Positions 11,501 to 23,719 of a DNA stretch of 64,000 nt are shown here, piece by piece. Position 1 is the first letter of the stretch; the number at the start of each line of letters is the position of its first letter. The notes beneath the pieces were generated by a model. The model did no database searches. It saw only the letters and a list, made by a program, of their open reading frames with translations, and was not told the origin of the DNA. This DNA comes from Mobula birostris (Eukaryota), in NCBI RefSeq assembly GCF_030028105.1, contig NC_092379.1, forward strand, positions 19,569,309 through 19,633,308, written 5' to 3'. Both the position numbers and the translations under genes were made by a program.

Positions 11501-11844
11501 CAGGGTGCTGGGGTGAAGAGAGGAACTGGATCTGGGTGGGTCACAGGGTGCTGGGGTGAAGAGAGGAACTGGATCTGGGTGGGTCACAGGGTGCGGGGGT
11601 GAAGAGGGGAACTGGATCTGAGTGGGTCACAGGGTGCTGGGGTGAAGAGGGGAACTGGATCTGGGTGTGTCACAGGGTGCTGGGGTGAAGAGGGGAACTG
11701 GATCTGGGTGGATCACAGGGTACTGGGGTGAAGAGGGGAACTGGATCTGGATGGGTCACAGGGTGCTGGGGTGAAGAGGAGAACTGGATCTGGGTGGATC
11801 ACAGGGTGCTGGGGTGAAGAGGGGAACTGGATCTGGGTGGATCA
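11501..11844. repeat. G-rich minisatellite, 8 copies of a 43-bp unit
   Basis: Unit CAGGGTGCTGGGGTGAAGAGGGGAACTGGATCTGGGTGGGTCA starts at 11501, 11544, 11587 ... 11802. Confidence 0.97.
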
Positions 11845-14298
11845 GCTCAGAAGAAATTTGCAATGAAATAACACTTGGGAATTTGTACGAAATGATTGCC
11901 CAGAATCAGCAGATTGGGGGAGACTCAGTCTGATTTTAGTCTGTATTGTACTAAGTGGATAGAATATCGGGTAGTATGAACGAAAGATGGGCAGTTTTAT
12001 TTATTCATCCTTTGGGATCTGGGCTTTGCCGGTAAAGTCTGAATGAATTACGCATCTGAGCTGCTATTCAGAGGGCATTTGGAGACAAACACATTGATGG
12101 ATCAGGAGTCATAAATAGGCTCGAAGGGTCAGGATGACAGATCTCCTTCCCTGAGGGACATCAGTAAAACTGAAGGGTCATCATTACCAATGATTGGATT
12201 TAAAAACAATACCAATTATTAAAATCTTGGAAATCCGACCACAGATCCAAATCTGTATTATGAACTGAGTATAAATTTGTCAATTTTGTTATGGTGGTAT
12301 CCGTGGACTGTTCATCCATCCCTCTGCACTACTCATTTGCTTTGATGTACTGTCCTGTTTCCAATCACTCCAAATCCAACCTTGTGCCTGTCCATTGGAT
12401 CACTGTGTCCACGGTGTCCTGGACAATATTTCTCCTTCAATAACATCACCAGAACAGACTGTCTGATCGTTCTCGCCTTGCCGTTTGTGGATTCTGCTGT
12501 ATGCAGAGTGGCTCCACATTCCCGACTCTACAACAGGGCTGTACTTTGAAACAACTTCATTGCCTGTGAAGACCTCGGGGGCACCATGAAAGGTGCTCTG
12601 TAAATGTCAGCACTTTATCTCACAACCACTTTTACTGAATCACCAGCAACACTGGTTAACGTAGGAAAACACTTGTTAAACAAACCCAGTCGGGGGATGG
12701 AGGAGGACAAGAAATTAGATGAGTTGCTCTGTCTGTGAACTAAGAATAAACAGTTCATTTGAACAGTAAAGTTCAACTCGTGTCCCGTGAGTGTGTGATG
12801 GGACAGGTTGGGGGAAGCTTCACTCTGTGTCTAATCTCTGCTGCCCCTGTCCTGGGAGGGATGGGACAGTGCAGAAGGATCTTTGTATCTAATCCGTGGC
12901 TGCCAGGACAGGACATGGGAGCTGTGATCTGCATTTAACTCATGCTCTGTGTACTCTGGGGTGCTTGTTGGAATCCCTTTGAGGAAGAATTTCCCAGATT
13001 TACAAGATAAATACTGATTCCATTGAATGATAGAGCAGAGAGTGAGGCCGTTCATCCTATTGTTTCTGTGCTTCATTTAGCTGAGCAAACCCAATAGACC
13101 CATTGGTCTCTCTGCTCTTCCCTGTATCCCTACAAAAGGCGGATCTCATCCTGTTCCCTCTCCACACTCACTATTGGCCATCACCATCATTCAGGCAGTG
13201 TGTCCCAGATCACAAACCTTCATCAACAAACCTTCCCTTAAATGCTCCCCTATTACACATTATTGAATTGAACGCTTCCCTCCCCACCCCACCTGCACCA
13301 CTCCCCACTCCCCCACCCAACAATGCAAGGCTGCCCGGAACGTGTGAAGGAATTGAGATTTCAGTTCCCCGCCTTACCTTTCCTGCACCACTTCCCCACT
13401 GCCTTCCCAACTCCAAAAATCTTCCCCACAGTACCCCACCTCCTCGCCCATCAGGGAATAAAACTAAAACCTCAATTCCATCAATTAATCCTGGGATATC
13501 GCCGATACTTTTGCTGTATCCCAGGACGGACCTCATGCCGGACATTACATGATGGGACTGACACCCACCTGTACCCTGGGGATATTGAGACATCAACCAG
13601 ATCATACATGTGTACACCGTTCCCTCAGATTATGTCTGAATCCCATTACCTTCAACATGAAAGCAGCCGACAGTAAAACCCAATCCCAGTAATTTGACAC
13701 CGAACAGATCCATTGTTGTCACTGACAGGGAACAAGTTCAACTGCACTGAAACGCTCAGCCCCTGAACGTGGCTTCAGTCGGTGCTGAGGATCAGAAGCC
13801 AGACTTGAACCAAACACTGAGCTCACTCAGCACAATCGGCCGGTGTCAAGGCACAGTCTGGTGACAAGATCCGACCCCATTCCCCTGAGCCTGTTCCCGG
13901 TCTGTGGACAGTGCACTGGTGGGTGGGGTGTGTACCCTTGTACTGTTACTGTGCTCTAGAGAAACCCGCCGGTTCGGGGAGATTCATGTACTTTCTCTAA
14001 ATATCAACATGATCCCTGTCCGGACCGGGAGCAGCCGCTTCCAGGATTTCCATCCCAAACTCTGTCCTTGTCTCTTGTTGGCGTGTGAGTAAAGGCATTT
14101 TCACAATTTCCCTGTCTGCGGACACCGGCTCCCGCCATCCCCCAGAATCAGAGTCAAATCCTTTTGGGCTTTTAATTGTCCAGAAATGGGCATTTGCGCC
14201 CAGCAGTCCGAGTAAGGCTTCAGGGATTTGACTCTGGGAAGCAGCAATGCGGAATCCGTGGAGACAGACTGCGCTGCAGACGCTCCTTTGTCGGGACC

Positions 14299-14326
14299 AA
14301 TTTCTGTTCAGCTCCCCATCACCGTG
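14299..14326 (-). promoter_or_regulatory. Recombination signal sequence, 12-bp spacer (CACGGTG-12-ACAGAAATT)
   Basis: Heptamer matches CACAGTG at 6/7 and nonamer matches ACAAAAACC at 6/9 at exactly 12 nt. At a 23-nt spacer the nonamer would be TCCCGACAA, a poor match. Confidence 0.75.
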
Positions 14327-14631
14327 CTCCCACCCTCTCGCACAGTAATAGGTGGCAGTGTCGTCCAGTCTCAGGTTGTTCATTTGCAGATAGACGGTGC
14401 TGCTGTCCTTGGAAACAGTGAACCGGCTCTGGACTCCAGGCGCGTTGTACTTGTTACCACCACTCGATATGTCTGCCAGCCACTCCAGCCCTTTCCCGGA
14501 GACCTGTCTCACCCAGTCCATGCTATAGCTGCCGAGGCTGAACCCACTGACCGCACAGTCAGTCTGTGAGAATGTCCGGGCTTTACCACAAGCTGACTCG
14601 GGCTGTGTCAGCACGACGGCGGACCGCACGC
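14327..14631 (-). CDS. IGHV: VH exon with appended D-like bases (AVVLTQPES...[28 protein letters not shown]...RFTVSKD...[12 protein letters not shown])
   Basis: ttgacag|GC acceptor, conserved Cys, WVRQ, GLEW and YYCAR. Full CDR2 region, so a conventional VH rather than VNAR. FR1 is partly frameshifted (see findings). Confidence 0.93.
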
Positions 14632-14740
14632 CTGTCAATAAAAAAGAGCAGAAATTAATAAAATGTTCTACGGTCAGGGGTTCACAAAGCCTCTGAGAAA
14701 CAGCCGGTCCCGGTTGAGCGACAAGCGGCGGGACACCCAC

Positions 14741-14786
14741 CTGCCAGACAAGACAAGGGAAGACAGAAATAAGGCACGACCCCCAT
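14741..14786 (-). CDS. IGHV: VH leader exon ([16 protein letters not shown])
   Basis: ATG at 14786, 46 nt, CAG|gtgggt donor, phase 1. Joins in frame to GVRS at the start of the V exon across a 109-nt intron. Confidence 0.85.
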
Positions 14787-16199
14787 CGCCCTGAACACTG
14801 AGCCGGACTTGGACACTTTGAGATCGGCGGCTTCAGCTCAGGCCGGCTTTGTCCGGAGTCGCAGTGAGCGCTGTTTAGATAGGGACGTGGGCTGTGAGTG
14901 AGAGAGGGAGCCGCGGTTTGAACAGGCTCTCACACACTGAAACCAGAGGCGCAGCTTCCTGTCCCCACCCACAGCAGCGATTTCAATTCCCCAAAAGATG
15001 TTTGTCTCTGCAACAGGCGGCAGGTCAGCGGCAGTGACCAGATCCGGATTAAAGATCGGTCACTCTCTGTTCGATTCATCAATTTCAGCGATGAACAGTT
15101 TGTTTAAACTGAAACACACAGAATCCCAGCGAGAGAGAATGAGAGACACCAGTCAGTGGACAGATATCCCCCGGGAGACAGGGACTGAGAGACCAGTCAA
15201 TGGACAGATATTCTCCTTAGAGACATAGGCTGAGACTGTCTTTGCAGGAAAATGTATGAAGCAACAAAAAGAGTTACCACACAATCTTCTCACTGCTCCC
15301 ACACCACAAGAATCAATGCTAAACAGCGATTCCTGGTGGAAATGGGTGGAATTTACACTTATAAGGTATTTTCTCTTTCAGGGACTTGGCACCATGAATT
15401 TCAGTGCCAAGCCCTCAGCAGTTCTCCCCACAAAATCTTTTTAACCTGTTTCAGTGTGATACTGGTTGAGGGATCAATGTCGGAACAGATAGTGGAGAAC
15501 TTTCCAAACCTTTTATGTCCACCTGACACAACAACCCCACCATGGCACCAGTCAAAATAGTGAAACTTCTTTTTACCCCCAAGAGGACCACAATCTTGTC
15601 AAAGAGTATCGTGGCTTGTGTGCCTCAGTGAACCAGAGATCTATGTTGGCTTACATCGGGGTCTTGTGCTTTAACTCTAGGTAGGGTCACCCATGCCAAA
15701 CATGTGAAAGGATAGAGACTGAACAAAGAACGGTTCACCGTTCCTCCAGGTTTGGAGTTTCAGGTCAGGGTTAGTGAACCTGACTTATTATAAAGAAAAT
15801 TGTAATTGTTACGAGATGCTCCCAACTGTGCCAGCTTCCAGGATTTAGACTCTCCAACTCTCTGGAGCACAGATAGCCGGTAGCAGCCCCTTTAAGGTTC
15901 AGGATGATCCCGCTAATTGATAATCATGTTTTGGGCACCAAGAATTGAGTATGAAAGAACACCTGAACTGATGTTCAGTGCTCAATGGTAAACCCTACTA
16001 GTGATATTGTCTAGCATTCGTTTTGTGCTCAGACCTGGATCCAGTTTGATACCGTGTCTCGATCTTTGTTTCGGATACTCCAGCATTTGGGTCCAAAGCA
16101 TCTTCATCAAAGACTCTTGTCGCAATTATGGAAACAGCAATGAAGAATCCTTCTACATCTGAGTGTGATAGTGTTCCCTAGTCACCACCCGGGACTTGC

Positions 16200-17700
16200 A
16201 TGGCTGACAGGAGTGAAAACAGAGAGGAAACTATGGGTATGGTGAAGGGAGCCATGAACTTTGCCAAGACCAAGACCAAAAATGTTTTTTGGAATTGTCG
16301 AACCATGTACAACACTGTCAAGCTAGCACAAATAACTACGGTAATGTGTCATTACAGCCAACGTACACTGGCATCAGTGAAAGCAGATGGTCAGGGTCTG
16401 GCAGACTAAAGGCAGCAGCTGGTGCAGCAGTTTTATATTCAGGAAGGGAAGATGGTCAACGTCATGATGGATTAGCTGTCATTTTGAAGAAAGGCATTGA
16501 GAAGTGCCCAGTGGAATGAAAACCAATCAACAGTCGGCTGGTGAGAGTCAGGCTGAGAGTGAAGCAAGTGAACATGACTGTGATCCAGTGTTATGCTCCA
16601 AATAACAATAGTGACATTGAAGAATAGGATATCTTCTACAAATGGTGGAGTTAGAGTTAACACCACGCCGTGACATAATCATCATCATTGGAGATCTAAA
16701 TGGCAAAGTGGGAAATAACAACTCACACTTCATTAGGGCCATGGATACGCAAGGATATAGGATGATCAATAACAATGGTGTTAAGTCTGGTGGAATTCTG
16801 TGCCATGAACAATCTGGTCACAGGAGAGACCCTCTTTCCACACCATGAAATAAACAAACTGACATGGAGCTTACCCAATGGATGTGACAAGATCCAGATT
16901 GACCATTTGATGATAAATGGTATGTGGAGACGATCCTTGCAGGGTGTAAAGGTGAAGAGAGGAGCAGATACAGGAAGTAATCATCACCTTGCTGTAGCAG
17001 TGATGAAACTCATGCTGAGAAGCACTGGGACCACAGCACATGTACAAAGATGTTTTGATGTTGAGAAACTTAAGAACATCAGTGTGAGATCTGCCGTCAC
17101 CATTCAGCTTAAGGAGGGCTTTCAGACATTGGCGGGGATGTGTCAGTGGACAAGATCAACACGATGTAGAAACAGATTGCATCAGTGTTCAACAAGAGCA
17201 GCGAGGCTTGTCTACATTACAGCGCTGGAAAAAATAACAAAGCATGGATACAGCAGGAAACATGGACAGACTTAGAAGAAAGATGGAAAATTAGGAAGAA
17301 AATGTTCAATGCAAAGTCAACACGAATTAAGGTGAAACTTTAATTGGCATTCACTGAAGCTAGCAAGAAAGTGAAGAGCTTCTAAGAGTGGATAAGAGAG
17401 TCTACATAGAAGACCTTGCACTGGCGGCCACAAGAGCGCCAGTCGATGTGATCAGGAAAATATATACAAGATTTCAAAACTGGTATGTGGAATGTTCCAA
17501 GCCAGATCCAGTAGCCCCATGAGAGGCAAGAAGGGTCTGCTTTTGACAAGAGAATGGAGCACGATGGACAGGGTATTTCAGAAATTTACTGAGTAGACGC
17601 AGAGGACCTCTGGAAGGCCCCCTGTTCAGATTAAGTCAAGCCACATCTCCGACAGGAAGCTGAGAAGGAAATATCCCAATATCACTGTCCAGTTTCACCC
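16200..17700 (+). mobile_element. RTE-clade LINE remnant (AP endonuclease)
   Basis: Broken frames IQCYAPNN, IIIGDLNGKVG, KLTWSLPNG...QIDHLMI, GADTGSNHHL. Confidence 0.85.
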
Positions 17701-18224
17701 ACCTGTCAAGAATGAGAATATGAAATGTGTTTCTAGTAAATCAACAGCTGCACACAGAGATCCTGTTCAAATTTATCCCGTGCACTGAGTGTCAGAAGGA
17801 GGTTGTTCAGCCCTTCCGTCTATTCCCTCCAAAGCTGACCTATGTCCGATCTCCATTTACCCTCCTTGGCTCATATTTTAATAATTGAACTCAAACAAAA
17901 TTCTATTAATTTTGAAATTTCAACTGACACCTCCTCCCACCGCCCCTCACCCCAGTCTTGACCAGTTCCCAGGAAGAGATCCAGATTTCCAGTGCCCTGT
18001 ATATCCTGAAGTAACAGATTCTTTGTGTTATTCTTCTGCACCATTCTTGAAAGTTTTTAAACTCCCCAATTACACTGGCCTTCAATTTTCCACACTTCGG
18101 GGAACAAGAGACCAGACCTAATATTCTATCCTAGTCCCACTAGCACTTCACTGGCCCTGGTCCACACAACCCCTTCTCCAAGGGGTGATGCCAAGAATCA
18201 CAGCCAGTGCTTCAGATGTGGTCT

Positions 18225-19460
18225 AATTAGAACATAGAATACAGCACATTACAGGCCCTTCAGCCCACAATGTTGTGCCAACCCTTAAACCCTGCCTCCT
18301 ATATAGCCCCCCACCTTAAATTCCACCACGCACCTGTCTAGTAGTCTCTTAAACTTCACGAATGTGCCTGCCTCCACCACTGACTCAGGCAGTGCATTCC
18401 ACGCACCAACCACTCTCTGAGTAAAAAGCCTTCCCCCTTGAACTTCTCACCCCTTACCTTAAAGCCATGTCCTCTTGTATTGAGCAGTGGTGCCCTGGGG
18501 AAGAGGCGCTGGCTATCCACTCTATCTATTCCTCTTATTATCTTGTACACCTCTATCATGTCTCCTCTCATCCTCCTTCTCTCCAAAGAGTAAAGCCCTA
18601 GCTCCCTTAATCTCTGATCATATTGCATACTCTGTAAACCAGGCAGAATCCTGGTAAATCTCCTCTGTACCCTTTCCAATGCTCCCACATCCTTCCTATA
18701 GTGAGGTGACCAGAACTCCAATTGTGGCCTAACCAGAGTTTTATAGAGCTGCATCATTACATCGCGACTCTTAAACTCTATCCCTCGACTTATGAAAGCT
18801 AACATCCTATAAGCTTTCTTAACAACCCTATCTACCTGTGAGGCGACTTTCAGGGATCTGTGGACATGTACCCCCAGATCCCTCTGCTCCTCCACACTAC
18901 CAAGTATCCTGCCATTTACTTTGTACTCTGCCTTGGAGTTCGTCCTTCCAAAGTATACCACCTCACACTTCCCCGGGTTGAACTCCATCTGCCACTTCTC
19001 AGCCCACTTCTGCATCCTATCAATGTCTGTCTGCAATCTTTGACAACCCTCTACACTATCTACAACACCACCAACCTTTCTGTCATTTGCAAACTTGCCA
19101 ACCCACCCCTCCACCCCCACATCCAGGTCGTTAATAAAAACCACGAAAAGTAGAGGTCCCAGAGCAGATCCTTGTCGGACACCACTAGTCACAATCCTCC
19201 AATCTGAATGTACTCCCTCCACCACAACCCTCTGCCTTCTGCAGGCAAGCCAATTCTGAATCCACCTGGCCAAACTTCCCTGGATCCCATGCCTTCTGAC
19301 TTCCTGTACAAGCCTACCATGTGGAACCTTATCAAATGCCTTCCTAAAATCCATATAGATCACATCCCCTGCATTACCCTCATGTATATGCCTGGTCACC
19401 TCCCCAAAGAACTCCATCAGGACTGTTGGACATGATCTGCCCTTCACAAAGCCATGAAAT
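18225..19460 (-). mobile_element. CR1 LINE, reverse transcriptase 3' part
   Basis: 363-aa ORF with DFRKAFDKVPH, GVRQGSALGPLLF and LERVQRRFTR, plus the CR1 3' end. Confidence 0.95.
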
Positions 19461-20379
19461 CTCTACTCCACAGTAGTGTAATTTCCACCCCTCTGTATCC
19501 CTGTTTTCCCCATTAACTGCAGCACATTGAGACCTTTAGCTTAAATTCATCCTTAGGATTAATTAGAACCCAAACCTGCCAGTGGTCTCTCATCTTTCAC
19601 ATTCCCTCTCTGTCCGCTGGGATTGGTCATTCCCTTATGGAATCTGAGTCAGTCAGCTGACACAGCAGAAACAAGACCTGTCCAAACAACAACCTCTGTG
19701 ACTGTGGGCAGTTTACCTCCTTATGTTTCTCACCACCCCTGAGTATTTTCATACGTACCTGCCTCGACCTAAAGAGAGTGGGAGAAGAACATGGTGAAGG
19801 AAAGGAAACTCAATAGATTTTGTTTCTCTCCCGTGACTCTGGTAATACACAGAGTTAAATGAAACGTACAGCACAGCAGCAGATTCAGACCAATTATTTC
19901 ATGCCATTGTTTATTTTCTGCAGGAACCTCCAGTCACTCCATCTTTGTGCATCTGGGTTAACTTCCTCTTCTGTTCCCTTTCACAACATTCACTTCTGTG
20001 GGAGAGATCTATATTCTCCCATCCTCTGGATGAATAATCCAAGTTGGATGATTAGTGATTATTTACAATAGTTTTAATCCCCCTGAAGACTTTCTCCTCC
20101 ACCCTATCAGGTATTTTTCTCATCTGTGAGGTGGAAATATGCTTTACCCTTCAACCTTCTCATGACCCGCCTCTCACATATTACTAATGAGTCCAACAAT
20201 GTCCCCCTTTTTTCACAGGAAAGAGCCCAAAAGTCAAATCCAGTACATTCCAGCATCAAGGAGGCAGTGTCCCTGCTGGGAGAATTCCATGGGACTGGGT
20301 AAGAGGAGAGTACAGATTGCTTTTTGTCCAAGTTGAAACATAGGTTTCATGCCTGCATTAATCTGGGTGAAACTTCATG

Positions 20380-20900
20380 AACCCTCAGTTCTGGTTGCTC
20401 CATTGTAAAGATGTGGAGGATTTGGAGAGGATGTAAAAGATGTTCACGAGCATGTTGCCTGGATTAGAGAATATTAGCTGTAAGGAGAGGTTGAACAGTC
20501 TTTGACTGTATACTCTGGAGTGTAGGCTGAGAAGCAACCTGATAGAGGCTGATAAAAGCATGAGACTCATCGATAGGGTCGACAGTCAGAGTCATTTTCC
20601 CAGAATAAAATGTCATTTCCAAAAGAGATTTAAGATGAGGGGTATAACATTCAAAGGAGATTTGTGGGTTGTATTTTTACACGCAGTGATAGGTGCCTGG
20701 AATGCACTGGCAGGAGTGGTGGTGAATCAGCATGATAGGACAGTGGAGATACATTTGAAAAAGCACATGACCATTCAGGATATGGAGGGATATGGATTCT
20801 GTGCAGATAGTTCGGTTTAGATTAATTTGGCGTTGTGGTTGTCATAGTCATCATGGGCTGAAGGGCCTGTTCCTGTGCTCTGCTGTTCTGTGTTGTAGGT
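20380..20900 (+). mobile_element. CR1 LINE 3' fragment
   Basis: Degenerate RT C-terminal sequence ending in gaagggcctgttcctgtgctc. Confidence 0.8.
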
Positions 20901-21959
20901 TTACTTGAAGGTCAGTAACATTTGTGATTAATAGCTGACAGATGTCTGAAACTCTGCGATAACATTAACACTCAGTCCTTACACTTCCTCTCAGGTTTCA
21001 CAGGCAGGTTTAATTTGAGCAGGGGGCCCTCCCAGTGGAGCTGTGTTACTAAAAAGAATAAACACACTGCTTTACATATGGAAATACAATTCTAACGTTG
21101 TGCTTTGCACCAGCCTACGTTTATCACACAGAATGAGACAAAATGAATCGAAGCCGAAGGGCAAAATATGCAGAGACAGCAAGACCCTCTCTTCATTACA
21201 GAGCATTTGTCTCGTGTCAGAAACAGGCTCACTGTAATGATGATTGACTGTTACTGATTGATTTATTGATTATGTTATGGGAATGAGCAGTTCAAATGTA
21301 GGTATACCTGCACTTTATGTTCTGAAGCAGTTGGGAAACTCCCACCAACAACTGAAAGTGTGTTTGCTCAGACTGAGCACAGAAGCTCATCCTGATGACT
21401 GTAGTTCAGGTGATCAGATGATTGTGAATTGGCAGCAATAAAGTGGAAAATAAGGAGAAACTAAAAGATGCCACGGACTGCCTTGTCAATGTTCCATCGA
21501 TGGGCAGAATCCCGGTGTGACATGCTGGAGCTCACGTTTGTTGATGAGAATGAAGGCTGCCCGGTGAATCAACTTTAGACTGAAACAGCAACACAGACAA
21601 CAATCTCTGTGGGAGCTGTGGGGGGGGGGGGGCGAGGTTATCAGTGGCCTGGAAACTCTCAGGCCCTGAAGATCAGGGATAATCAACTTGCGTATTCAGA
21701 GAGAATCGATGATCTGTCATTGCAACATTGTCAGATAATGAGGTCTGCAAGTATAGGTATCTATTAAACCTTTCTTTCTGACATCTGGACAATAAAATGT
21801 GTAGTTTTATTCCTATAAGAGCCTTGGGCCAGTAGATTGCTATTTGATTTTTGTGATTACCTTGAATAAAATAACATCACCTGAATTGGATTTGTGTCTC
21901 TTTAAACTCTGATTGATAGATCTCACAATACCTGCAAATAACTGTCCTGAGGAGGGTAG

Positions 21960-22811
21960 TGTGATGGTACTACCTTATTATTTGGGGAATTTTGACCTTT
22001 CAGGTGTTGGATTGGACTGTATAATTGTTATTTGGCTTGTAGTTTAACTTTCTTATGTTTGTTTGTTTTTAAATAATTACCTACATAGATGTAACAGAGG
22101 GTTGCCATTCCATGCATCTCCTGGAAACTCCCAATTTCAGTAGCAGGTATCACATTGCTCGAATAGGGACTATCTCACTGATTAATTTAAGCAGTGGGAT
22201 TTGAATGGAATGTCTGCTACCAGTTTTCAACAGTCATAAGCAATGGGTTTTAATGCCCCTTCTTGACCTCTGAAGAACTCTTCATCAGGACATCAGGACC
22301 CAACACAAGTTTAAGTTTTGATCAACAAATCCATCAGACAGGCTGGGGAACCCAGCATTTGGGGTGGCATGGTAGTGGTGAAGTATATAAGGGGTTAACA
22401 TGGTCAGTTAAGCATAGCAGGCTGTTTTCTCTGAAAGAAACCATTGATGATCGACAGATGTGCTATTCAATGCTGATAAGTATTTCTTCTTGAAGTTAGC
22501 CAGCTGGTGTTTCAGGGTCCTTGTCCTTGTGCAATTATTTGCAGAGATAAGACCAGCCTGTTCTGTGTATGAGACCTTATGCCTATTCTGTAATTTGTCT
22601 TTCGGGAATGTCATGGAGTAGATAAGTTTGGCTCCAGCCTGTCTTGTGTGGGGGTATCTGAATGAATATACTCATGTTGTAAGGGGAATTGTGAGTTAGT
22701 TGGTGGACTGTTCCTGTTTGGGCGACTAACTGAGTAAGCCCCGGGTGCTTTGAATAAAGAATTTGTACTTATACGGTCTCTGAGTGACTTTATGCAGATT
22801 CCACTTCCACA
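21960..22811 (+). mobile_element. Solo LTR
   Basis: TG...CA ends, 4-bp GTAG target duplication, TATA-like TATATAA (~22383) and AATAAA (~22754). Inserted in the head of a SINE. Confidence 0.8.
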
Positions 22812-23090
22812 GTAGTGTAGTGGTTAGCAGAATGCTTTCCAGTGCAGGTGACCTGGGGTTCAATTCCTGTCACTGCCTGTAAGGAATTTGTAATTTCTCC
22901 CCGAGAATGTGTGGGTTTCCACCGGGTACTCCAGTTTCCTCTCACAGTCCAAAGACAAACCGGTTGGTACTTTAATTAGTCATTGTAAATTGTCCTGTGA
23001 TTAGACTAGGATTAAATCAGGATTCCTGGGCAGTGTGGCTCGAAGGGCCAGAAGGGCCTATTCCATGCTTTATGTCAGTAAATAAATGAA
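22812..23090 (+). mobile_element. HE1/V-SINE-type tRNA-derived SINE
   Basis: tRNA-like head (gtagtgtagtggttagc...gggttcaattcc), V-domain-like core (tgtgtgggtttcc...cagtccaaagac) and CR1-like tail. Confidence 0.85.
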
Positions 23091-23719
23091 TTAAATAATT
23101 TACATGGACTTTACTGACCTCTTGTCAGGAATTCATTCTGAAATGATTCGTGAGTTTCCTCTCACTCTCCTCCATATGGGAGTCCACTCTACTGTCAATT
23201 ACTCTATCTGAGGAGCTTCCTTAACGAAGTCCACAGATTCATTCTAATGAATTTAAACCTGCAGTACTGTCTTTCTCTTCCTCTTTAATTTAAATCTATC
23301 TTATGGATGTCATTTCCATTCCCTTCACTCCTCCATCTCTCTATGTCTGATGTCTCATTGAGCCAGGAAATTGTGGTGCAAACCATTTCAGCACATCATC
23401 CCGTTGGACTGAGGCATTGCTTCCAGATTCCTCCTCTGACCAGACATTTCCTTACCTGCCATTCCCTCTCCTTCTATGATCTGACATCTGATTTATGCCC
23501 TGATGGGTCATCCCACACAGCAGTATCCAAAGAGGTGTACTTGTTGCTGAGGAGAATGGCTACAGCGGAACCTTGCAATGACTGCTGAATCCCCTTACCT
23601 CTTCTGTTGGTCACCCATCTACTGTGTGAAGCCCATACTCTGGGTGTGACCACCTCTTCAATAGTCTCATCTATAATGTCTTCAGCCTCCTGGATGATCC
23701 TGAGTACATCCAACTCCAG

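Larger units (their letters stand above)
1806..14786 (-). pseudogene. IGHW: IgW cluster 2, rearranged and defective (L-VD ... psiC1, short sec exon, C3''-C4'')
   Basis: VH plus a C1 remnant with stop and SINE, no C2, and intact paralogues of C3'-C4'. Flanks are homologous to cluster 1 (1-2880 to 48350-52000; 5925-7420 to 62400-63920). Confidence 0.8.

Noticed and set aside
11501-11844. CRISPR-like array
   Set aside because: Head-to-tail repeats with no unique spacers, in a vertebrate context.
13845-13880. J-like TGGGGTCGGATCTTGTCACC on the minus strand
   Set aside because: No WGxG frame, no RSS in front and no splice donor after it.
13925-13953. Second RSS-like motif CACAGTA-12/13-ACACACCCC marking another D
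   Set aside because: The nonamer is weak and no 5' RSS or D core precedes it.
13997-14740. 247-aa ORF containing the VH
   Set aside because: It starts inside the leader intron at a non-ATG codon and runs through the RSS into non-coding DNA. The real structure is leader exon plus V exon.
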